Below are positions 23,762 to 30,684 of a DNA stretch of 32,000 bases, one piece after another. The notes under the pieces are model-generated. The model searched no databases. It saw nothing but the letters and a program-made list of their open reading frames with translations, and was not told the DNA's origin. The first letter of the stretch is position 1, and each line of letters begins with the position of its first letter. A program made the position numbers and the translations under genes. The stretch lies in the NCBI RefSeq assembly GCF_010727475.1, contig NZ_AP022567.1:2481910-2513909 (forward strand). Direction: 5' to 3'. The DNA comes from Mycolicibacterium mageritense. Its GTDB lineage: Bacteria > Actinomycetota > Actinomycetes > Mycobacteriales > Mycobacteriaceae.

Positions 23762-25213
23762 GTGTCGTTGGAAGAGCACAAGCGTCGGGAGCGGGCCCAG
23801 GCGATCGGCTTGTTCCGCTATCAGCTGATCTGCCCCGCCCTGGAGGCGGGGTTGTCGACCAAACAGCGGGGCCGGCTGGTCCGCGAGATCGCGCAGCGCA
23901 CCCATGTGGACCCGTTCGGCACCCGGGTGCAGATCGCACGACCGACCCTGGACCGCTGGATCCGCCGCTACCGGGCCGGCGGGTTCGAAGCGCTGGTGCC
24001 CGAACCGCGGCGACTGGCCACCCGCACCGACGTCCAGGTGCTGGAGTTGGCCGCGTCGTTGAAGCGGGAGAACCCCTCGCGCACCGCGGCGCAGGTGGCC
24101 CGTATCCTGCGCACCGCCACTGGCTGGGCGCCCTCGGAATCCACGTTGTTGCGCCATTTCCACCGCTGCGAACTGATGGGCCCAGCCGCCGGGACCAGCG
24201 GTGAGGTGTTCGGCCGGTTCGAAGCCACCGACCCCAACGAGCTGTGGGTCGGCGACGCCCTGCACGGCCCGCGGGTCGGAGACCGCAAAACCTACCTCTT
24301 CGCCTTCCTGGATGATCACAGTCGACTGGTGGTCGGGCACCGGTTCGGGTTCGCCGAGGACACCGTGCGCCTGGCCGCCGCGTTGAAACCCGCGCTGGCC
24401 GCCCGCGGCGTGCCCGCCTCGGTCTACGTCGACAACGGCTCGGCCTTTGTTGATGCGTGGCTGCTGCGGGCGTGCGCGAAACTCGGAATCCGGCTGGTGC
24501 ATTCGGCACCCGGCCGGCCGCAAGGACGCGGGAAAATCGAACGGTTCTTCCGGACGGTGCGCGAACAGTTCCTCGTCGAGGTCACCGACACCACCGTCGA
24601 GGACCTTGCCGCCGCCGGGGTCGACCATGCTGGCGCCCTGTTGGAGCTCAACCGGCTGTTCATGGCGTGGGTGGAAACCGAATACCACCGCCGGGTGCAC
24701 TCGGAGACCGGGCAATCCCCGCTGGCCCGGTGGGAGACCGGCTGGGAACGCGTCGGGCGCACCCCGGCATTACCGACGGCAGCGGATCTGACCGAGGCGT
24801 TCCTGTGGTCGGAATTCCGGGTGGTGACCAAGACCGCCACCGTCTCCCTGCACGCCAACACCTACCGGGTTGACCCCGCCCTGGCCGGCCGCCGCGTCGA
24901 GCTGGTGTTCTCCCCGTTCGACCTCGAGATGATCGAGGTCCGCCACGGCGGCCAGAGTTTCGGTGCCGCGGTGCCTCACACCATCACCCGCCACGCCCAC
25001 CCGAAAGCCCGACCCGAGACCGTCGAGACCCCGCCGGCAACGACGGGGATCGACTACCTGGCGTTGACCGCCGCCGCCCATCACGAGCAGCTACGCGACG
25101 ATGAACGTATCGGCTATCACGCCCTCTACGGTGATCATCATCTGCCCGGTCAGCTCTCGCTCACCGACATTGACAACATCGATGGCGAGTTCGAGGACGG
25201 GGTGTCGGCGTGA
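23762..25213 (+). CDS. DDE (rve-type) transposase, Mu / TniA / Tn552-p480-like
   Basis: 483 aa, GTG 23762 with GAGGAG 5 nt upstream. N-terminal HTH regions. Catalytic-core motifs LWVGDALHG, VYVDNGSAF and GRPQGRGKIERFF. C-terminal Mu-transposase-like beta domain. Confidence 0.85.
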   Translation: MSLEEHKRRERAQAIGLFRYQLICPALEAGLSTKQRGRLVREIAQRTHVDPFGTRVQIARPTLDRWIRRYRAGGFEALVPEPRRLATRTDVQVLELAASLKRENPSRTAAQVARILRTATGWAPSESTLLRHFHRCELMGPAAGTSGEVFGRFEATDPNELWVGDALHGPRVGDRKTYLFAFLDDHSRLVVGHRFGFAEDTVRLAAALKPALAARGVPASVYVDNGSAFVDAWLLRACAKLGIRLVHSAPGRPQGRGKIERFFRTVREQFLVEVTDTTVEDLAAAGVDHAGALLELNRLFMAWVETEYHRRVHSETGQSPLARWETGWERVGRTPALPTAADLTEAFLWSEFRVVTKTATVSLHANTYRVDPALAGRRVELVFSPFDLEMIEVRHGGQSFGAAVPHTITRHAHPKARPETVETPPATTGIDYLALTAAAHHEQLRDDERIGYHALYGDHHLPGQLSLTDIDNIDGEFEDGVSA

Positions 25214-26025
25214 GTATTCAACGGCTGCAATCACATTGGGGATTCACCCGGATGCCGTTCGGCCGGGATCTGGCCCCGTCGATGCTGCACCGCCACCCCG
25301 GCCACAGCGAAGCGATCGCCCGGATCGGCTGGTGTGTGGACCAATGCGCCATCGGGGTCATCACCGGCGAAGTCGGCGCCGGCAAAACCGTCGCGATCCG
25401 CGCGGCGGCCACCTCCTTGGATCCGGCGCGGCACGTCATCATCTACCTCGCCAACCCCACCATCGGAGTCCGCGGCATGCTTACCCACATCGTGGCCACC
25501 CTCGGGCACACCCCGGCGTTTCACACCGCCCGGCTGGCTCCCCAGGCCGCCGACGCCTTGGCCGCCGAGCACGCCGAACGGGGCCGCAACCCCGTCCTCG
25601 TCGTCGATGAAGCCCACCTGCTCGACAATCATCAACTCGAAGCGATCCGGCTGCTCACCAACCACGACATGGACAGTGGTTCCCCGTTCGCCGTCGTCCT
25701 GGTCGGGCAACCCACCCTGCGGCACCGACTGCGCCTGGGGGTGCTGGCCGCGTTAGATCAGCGCGTCGCCGTGCGCTACACCCTGCCCGGCATGACCGCG
25801 GCCGACACCGCCGACTACATCGGGCATCACACCAAGATCGCCGGCCGCTCCGATGCGCTGTTCGCCGATGACGCGATGACGCTGATCCACAACGCCTCCC
25901 GTGGACATCCGCGCGCGGTCAACAACCTCGCCCTACACGCGCTCACGGCCGCGTTCGCCGCCGGGCATTCCATCGTCGGGGAGAAAGCCGCCCGCATCGC
26001 CATCAGCGAAACAGCAACCGACTGA
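25210..26025 (+). CDS. AAA+ transposition ATPase (TniB / ExeA / Tn552-p271-like)
   Basis: 271 aa. GTGA overlap with the transposase gene. Walker A GEVGAGKT, Walker B VLVVDEAHLL, and ...LVGQPTLRHRL... typical of the AAA_22/TniB-type partner of rve transposases. Confidence 0.85.
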   Translation: MSIQRLQSHWGFTRMPFGRDLAPSMLHRHPGHSEAIARIGWCVDQCAIGVITGEVGAGKTVAIRAAATSLDPARHVIIYLANPTIGVRGMLTHIVATLGHTPAFHTARLAPQAADALAAEHAERGRNPVLVVDEAHLLDNHQLEAIRLLTNHDMDSGSPFAVVLVGQPTLRHRLRLGVLAALDQRVAVRYTLPGMTAADTADYIGHHTKIAGRSDALFADDAMTLIHNASRGHPRAVNNLALHALTAAFAAGHSIVGEKAARIAISETATD

Positions 26026-26035
26026 ACCTAATCCG

Positions 26036-26095
26036 CGTCACCACGGCGACGACCACGTCACCGCGACGAGGATCCCGTCACCGAGATCACCAACG
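26036..26095 (+). repeat. Three phased direct repeats (heptamer CGTCACC every 20 bp), candidate transposase-binding sites
   Basis: CGTCACC at 26036, 26056 and 26076 (exact 20-bp spacing): CGTCACCACGGCGACGACCA / CGTCACCGCGACGAGGATCC / CGTCACCGAGATCACCAACG. Begins 11 nt after the ATPase stop. Confidence 0.7.
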
Positions 26096-26124
26096 CCCCG
26101 CTCGCCACAAGCGAGCGGGGCGTT
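26092..26124. terminator. Strong hairpin between convergent genes (terminator-like)
   Basis: 14-bp perfect stem AACGCCCCGCTCGC (26092-26105) / GCGAGCGGGGCGTT (26111-26124), loop CACAA. Lies 7 nt downstream of the minus-strand stop at 26132-26134 and 66 nt after the ATPase stop. Confidence 0.55.
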
Positions 26125-26131
26125 CTCATCA

Positions 26132-27229
26132 CTACATCGTCATCAACACCGATGACGCCGACATCGTCATCTTCAGCGACGGCCAACAATAGCGTGCGAC
26201 GAGTTGGCCGGCGGTGTCATAGAAGAGTAGCCCGTCGCCCTTGCCCGACTCCTGGAAGGAGTAGGCGAATCCGCCGTTGTACACCAACGCTTTGCGGATG
26301 ATTGTGCCCTCGGGTGGCGTGGGCGTAAGGTCCGCTCCATCGAGGGCCGAGAACATCCGGTAAGGCGCCTCGGGATCGCTGGGCAGCGGGTTCTGCATCG
26401 CGACAGTCTGTGCCGGAATGTCGGACACTTGCAGATAGCCGGGGTTGAAGATGCTGCCCCCACCGGGGACAAACCAAGTTCGTTCGCCGTTCGGCCCCAG
26501 GCCGTAGACGCCTTCGCCCTCGCGTCTGGCGACCAGGCGCGTCTCACCCAGGTAATTGCCGATCGCTGCGACCACGTACTTGTCGCTTGCACTCTCGCCT
26601 TGTGGGAAGAGGTCGGTGGGGCCGGTGAACGTCACCTTGCCCTGTTCGAGATCGATGATCCAGATCAACTGCGCCAGACCTACTTCAGGGTCGCCCTCGG
26701 CGAGGCATACGGCAGTCCCCGGGCCGTTGCCGTAGCAGTCGCCGAGCGGATTGCCGCGAAACCCGGTCAATTCGATCGGCTGGAACAACAATTTGCCCGA
26801 ATGGATGTCGACACCGTAGACCCAGCCCGCCGGTGACAGGCCCTGCGAATCCGTTCTGTCGGTGATGAAGTACGCCTTGTCTTTGGTGCTGGCGAAAAGT
26901 GACCCCACCCCGACTTCAGGTGGGAGGCCGATGTCCGCGGCACTGACCTTCCAACCAGGCACCGGCTTCTTTTCCAGCGAGAACGCGATAAGCAGATCTT
27001 TGGGGGTGCCGATTGTGGCGTCGATGTGCGCGTTGGTTCCACGGACGGAGCGCCACACCACCACACCGCCGACGATAAGTCCGACCACTACTGCGATCAC
27101 CAGCACTGGCATCCACCAACGACGTCGCGGCTTGGCGGTGCGGGTTGACGCGGCGACTGGCGGGCCCCCACTGGGGGAGTCCACCCAGCGGAATCCCTCT
27201 TGTGGCCAGTTGGATCCCGAATCCGTCAC
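26132..27229 (-). CDS. Single-pass membrane protein with large beta-rich (propeller-like) ectodomain
   Basis: 365 aa, GTG 27229 with AAGGGG upstream. RRRWWMPVLVIAVVVGLIVGGVVVW TM anchor, then a beta-strand-rich domain. No family recognised. The last ~18 aa (CWPSLKMTMSASSVLMTM) look non-native. Confidence 0.6.
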   Translation of the reverse strand: MTDSGSNWPQEGFRWVDSPSGGPPVAASTRTAKPRRRWWMPVLVIAVVVGLIVGGVVVWRSVRGTNAHIDATIGTPKDLLIAFSLEKKPVPGWKVSAADIGLPPEVGVGSLFASTKDKAYFITDRTDSQGLSPAGWVYGVDIHSGKLLFQPIELTGFRGNPLGDCYGNGPGTAVCLAEGDPEVGLAQLIWIIDLEQGKVTFTGPTDLFPQGESASDKYVVAAIGNYLGETRLVARREGEGVYGLGPNGERTWFVPGGGSIFNPGYLQVSDIPAQTVAMQNPLPSDPEAPYRMFSALDGADLTPTPPEGTIIRKALVYNGGFAYSFQESGKGDGLLFYDTAGQLVARYCWPSLKMTMSASSVLMTM

Positions 27230-27246
27230 CGCTACCCCTTATCTCG

Positions 27247-27702
27247 TCAATCGGTCGGAACCGGCACAGGGCCCATGGCACAGACCCGCAACCGGCCGTC
27301 ATCGATCTTCAGCGTGAACATGCCCCCGTGATCGCGACCCAGACCATTGAGGGTCCATGTCGATCCCGCCCTGGCGAATCCCGTCAGGGCGACGATGTCC
27401 CATTCCGGCGGCGTGCCGCCCTCTTGGATACCGATCAGTTGCCGACTAACCCAGCTGTCCGGTGGGTCGGGACAGGTCATCTCCCTCAGGTTCACCGGGT
27501 TTCCGGCATTCCGTTCGCGCGCCCACACCAGCAGCGTCTTCTCGGCCACCTCACGTGCCTGGTCATCGGTCATCGACTGGTCCGCCGGGATCGCGCGTAT
27601 TGAAGGGCCGTCGTACCGGCCGACCACGGCCACCACCAGCAGAACGATTGCGACAACTGCCAGTGTCCACAGCCACAAGGGAATTCGCGTACGGTCACTC
27701 AC
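27247..27702 (-). CDS. Single-pass membrane protein with small Cys-pair ectodomain (NTF2/SnoaL-like architecture guessed)
   Basis: 151 aa. The GTG 27702 start overlaps the upstream stop by 8 nt. TM segment IPLWLWTLAVVAIVLLVVAVV. The ~110-aa domain is bracketed by MTCPDP and LRVCAMG. Confidence 0.6.
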   Translation of the reverse strand: MSDRTRIPLWLWTLAVVAIVLLVVAVVGRYDGPSIRAIPADQSMTDDQAREVAEKTLLVWARERNAGNPVNLREMTCPDPPDSWVSRQLIGIQEGGTPPEWDIVALTGFARAGSTWTLNGLGRDHGGMFTLKIDDGRLRVCAMGPVPVPTD

Positions 27703-28488
27703 TGCCGCAGACCTTCATCTCGCCGCCGTCATCAACCAACACGATCCAGCGGTGGGTCAGGCCCTCGCCTTCACGTTGATGTTGTTCGACGATCTCCTTC
27801 TCCCGCTCGGTAAGAGGCTTGGTGCGCAGCAGCACCTTGGCCGCCACTTGTGCACCGTCGTCCCGGAAATCGACGATGGCCTCCGCGTGGTCGATGCCGC
27901 CAAGGTAGTCGCCGTGCAACGCTTCGATGTCGTTCAGGATGGTCCCTGATGGATTGGCGCAGCTCAGCGCTTGAGCTCGCGCTGTGTCGTGTACGGCCAA
28001 CACGCGAAACCACTCGCTGATGACGTCAAAGGCCTGTTGTTGACGGGGCGGCGGTGGAGCCAGACGTTCGATGTCGGCCTCCGGCGGCGGTGACCAGCGC
28101 CAGCCGATCGTGAACACCACGGCGGCGGCGATCAAGCAGATCGCCGTAACTGCGATCAGCAGACGCTTCGGCCAAGCTGCCGGCTGGGCACCGGCCACCT
28201 TCTGCGTGGCGCCGGCTGACGATGCCGGTACCGGCTCGGTCCGAGCCGACAGGCGCCCGTCGGGGAAGCAGTCCACCACGAGCCGCTGCGCGCCGGGACT
28301 TCCTGTCGTGGACCTGACCAGGTACTGAACCAAAGCGTTCGCGGCCTCAGGTGGCACCGTCAGCCAGTGGCTGGTCGTTCCCACAAGGCCCACGTACGCG
28401 CTCGCAGCGCCCGACGGCAGGCACTCGACGTGCAGCTGCGACCAGCCTTGTGGCACCGAACCCAGCAGGATCTTGATTGCATCTTCGA

Positions 28489-29579
28489 CTAGTGTCCTGC
28501 GCCGGGAATTCGTTGAAGATATGAACCGAGTCGTTCGAAGATCTCGTCGGCGGTCTTGGTCCAGTTGAACGGGCGGGGGTTGTCGTTCCAGTCTGCGATC
28601 CACTCGCGAATGTCCTTCTCGAGGGCCTGAATTGAGCGGTGAACGCCGCGGCGCAGTTTCTGGTCGGTGAGTAACCCGAACCACCGCTCGACCTGGTTGA
28701 GCCACGACGAGTAGGTCGGGGTGAAGTGCATGTGGAATCGGGGATGGGCGGCAAGCCATTTGGTTACTGTCGGCGATTTGTGCGTCGAGTAGTTGTCGCA
28801 GATCAGATGGACGTCCAGGTCAGCGGGCACGGTGTTGTCCAACTTGGTCAAGAACTTCTTGAACTCGATCGCGCGGTGCCGGCGGTGAATCGAGCCGTAG
28901 ACCTCGCCGGTGGCCACATCCAGGGCGGCGAACAAGGTGGTGATTCCGTGCCGCACGTAGTCATGGGTGCGGCGCTCGGGCATGCCGGGCATCATCGGCA
29001 GGACCGGCGCGCTGCGATCCAAGGCCTGGATCTGCGATTTTTCATCGACGCAGAGCACCAGTGCCTTCTCCGGCGGGTCCAGATACAACCCACGACGTCA
29101 CGGACCTTGTCGACGAACTGCGGGTCGTTGCTGATCTTGAAGGTGTCCACCTGATGCGGCTTGAGGCCGAACGACTTCCAGATCCGTCCGACCGTTGACT
29201 TCGACAACCCGGTCTCAGCCGCCATCGAAGACCGCGACCAGTGCGTGGCGCCTTTGGGTTGACGCTCCAACGTGGCCACGATCAGCTGCTCGACCGCCTC
29301 GTCGGTGATCTTGCGCGGCGCACCAGGACGCGGCTCATCGGCCAGACCCTCCAGTCGCGCCTCCAGGAACCGTCCACGCCATTTGCCGACCGTTTGCGGC
29401 CACACACCTTCATCAGCGGCGACTTCCTTGTTGGATTTCCCTGCCGCGCAACCCAACACGATCCGACAACGTTGGGCCAACGCCTGCGAGGACTTCGATC
29501 GACGGGCCCACCGCTGCAACGTCTCACGTTCGTCGTCGGTCAACACCAACTCGACTACCGGCCTACCCCTGGTTCCCAC
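28489..29579 (-). CDS. IS630-family DDE transposase in two frames (orfA 29579-28992, orfB 29088-28489)
   Basis: The orfA HTH part (...ETLQRWARRSKSSQALAQRCRIVL...) and the orfB DDE part (YLDPPEKALVLCVDEKSQIQALDR...HLICDNYSTHK...YSSWLNQVERWF) join as ...KVRDVVG|LYLDPPEKA only with a -1 shift at GGT TGT (plus strand 29086-29091). Confidence 0.85.
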
Positions 29580-29623
29580 CCGCCAATTCTACAATTAATC
29601 AACTAATTTACGGCGCAGGACAC
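28492..29623 (-). mobile_element. IS630-family insertion sequence (1132 bp) with TA target duplication in a CTAG target
   Basis: Terminal inverted repeats GTGTCCTGCGCCGGGAATT (28492-28510) and the reverse complement of 29605-29623, GTGTCCTGCGCCGTAAATT (17/19 matches, first 13 perfect). Flanked by TA at 28490-28491 and 29624-29625. The reconstructed target is ...TTCGAC-TA-GACC... = CTAG, the classic IS630 preference. Confidence 0.92.
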
Positions 29624-29876
29624 TAGACCGCGGCTTCCGTCACCACCATCTGCTGGGCTCACAGACACGCGTTCAGCCTAAACAGCACTCGTGTTCGAAT
29701 TGACACCTGCGGCAACCGCCCGGCGCCCCCACCGTGAAGTCATGCCCGGAGTCAAACATGCCCTGCGGAGTGCGATCAAGGCGAGATTGCTGCTGGCGAG
29801 GCTCTGCGACGTCTGCGAGAATCGAACACGATGTCGCACCTGACGGGGTGGAGGCGCGCTTCCGGGGAGGGTAGCT

Positions 29877-30347
29877 GTGAGCAACGACGCGGCTCGGCAT
29901 GAGCTCGCCGAGGTGCTGGCGCTCGCCCAGGAACAAATGGCCGATCTGGCCGCCGTCCAGAAGAAGCGTGCCGCGCTCACCGCGAGCGCCACAGTCGCCG
30001 ACGGGACGGTCGAGGTGACGGTGAACGCGCAGGGCATCGTCACCCGCACGGTGATCGACGAGACATACCTGGACGAATTCGAGTTCGCCGATCTCGGTGA
30101 CTACATCACCACCGCGGCCCAGGCCGCGGCGCGTGACGTGGGGAAGCGGTCGGCGGAACTGCTGGTCCCGATGACTGAACGCCGCAAGAAATTCCCGGCG
30201 TTGTCCGACATCGTCGAAGGCGCGCCAGACTTCCGCGAGTGGATGCCGGACCTGACGCCACTTCGCCCCGAATCCGCCGCTGCCGCAGGCCCCGGAGATG
30301 ACGACGGTGATGACGACACTTCCTACACCCCCACTGTGAGGAGATAG
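29877..30347 (+). CDS. YbaB/EbfC-family, EspL-like protein with acidic C-terminal extension
   Basis: 156 aa, GTG 29877 with GGGGAGG 6 nt upstream. N-terminal helix (LAEVLALAQEQMADLAAVQKKRAAL) followed by DGTVEVTVNAQGIVTRTVIDETYL...LGDYITTAAQAAARD. Confidence 0.7.
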   Translation: MSNDAARHELAEVLALAQEQMADLAAVQKKRAALTASATVADGTVEVTVNAQGIVTRTVIDETYLDEFEFADLGDYITTAAQAAARDVGKRSAELLVPMTERRKKFPALSDIVEGAPDFREWMPDLTPLRPESAAAAGPGDDDGDDDTSYTPTVRR

Positions 30348-30349
30348 CG

Positions 30350-30646
30350 ATGAGCCAACCGCTGGGTGTGACACCCGAAGGCTTGCGGGCCACCTCCGAC
30401 CATTTGGCCGACGTGAGTTCGCGGATGAAGGGCGTGCTGTCCACGCTCCAGAACAACCTCAGCAGTGAGGGCGCAGCCTGGGGCGACGACAAGATCGGCA
30501 GCCAGTTCGCCGACGGTGGCGATGGCTACCTCGCCCAGGTGGATTGGGTCGACGGCTCGATCGATGCCAAGACCGGACTGTTGGACAACTATTCAGAGGG
30601 CTTGCGAACTGCTGCTGACACGCTCGAGCAGCAGGACCAGGCGTAG
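30350..30646 (+). CDS. Small EspC/WXG100-like helical protein
   Basis: 98 aa, ATG 30350 with GAGGAG upstream, 2 nt after the previous stop. N-terminal LGVTPEGLRATSDHLADVS parallels EspC (LTVQPERLGVLASHHDNAA, from memory). W-x-G present (GAAWGDDKIG). Confidence 0.65.
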   Translation: MSQPLGVTPEGLRATSDHLADVSSRMKGVLSTLQNNLSSEGAAWGDDKIGSQFADGGDGYLAQVDWVDGSIDAKTGLLDNYSEGLRTAADTLEQQDQA

Positions 30647-30684
30647 TTCTGACTGAATCGTGTTGATCGGCAAGGGGATCTCAC

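Larger units (their letters stand above)
23049..26095 (+). mobile_element. Mu/Tn552/TniAB-type transposon (minimum extent; true termini unresolved)
   Basis: Three co-oriented genes (Zn-ribbon/HTH, DDE transposase, AAA+ ATPase) plus three phased 20-bp repeats right of the ATPase gene. GTGAC(G/C)-containing motifs also occur left of 23049 (22911, 22962, 23051). No clean terminal inverted repeat or target duplication could be defined by eye. Confidence 0.7.
27695..29668 (-). pseudogene. Membrane protein gene interrupted by IS630-family insertion after codon 15
   Basis: Removing 28492-29625 (the IS plus one TA) joins GTG 29668 ... GGT CTA to GTC GAA GAT ... This gives a 279-aa ORF: MSVSPADGGDGSRGL|VEDAIKILLGSVPQGWSQLHVE..., then TM LLIAVTAICLIAAAVVFTIGW, then a Cys-pair ectodomain (LSCANP ... 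MKVCGSE). An in-frame TAG lies just upstream of the GTG. Confidence 0.75.

Noticed and set aside
22886-26130. Hypothesis that the transposon split one beta-propeller gene into 26132-27229 (N-part) and 22380-22826 (C-part), with CTCATC (22886-22891 and 26125-26130) as the target duplication
   Set aside because: Joining the flanks at that repeat does not remove the TAG at 26132-26134 or restore a continuous frame. The putative ends show no inverted repeat. The two ORFs may simply be separate or paralogous genes. This remains unresolved, not disproved.
27695-28759. 354-aa minus-strand track ORF treated as one intact gene
   Set aside because: Its first ~90 codons read out of the IS630 left end, antisense to or overlapping the transposase 3' region. 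The native gene is reconstructed only after removing the IS (start GTG 29668).
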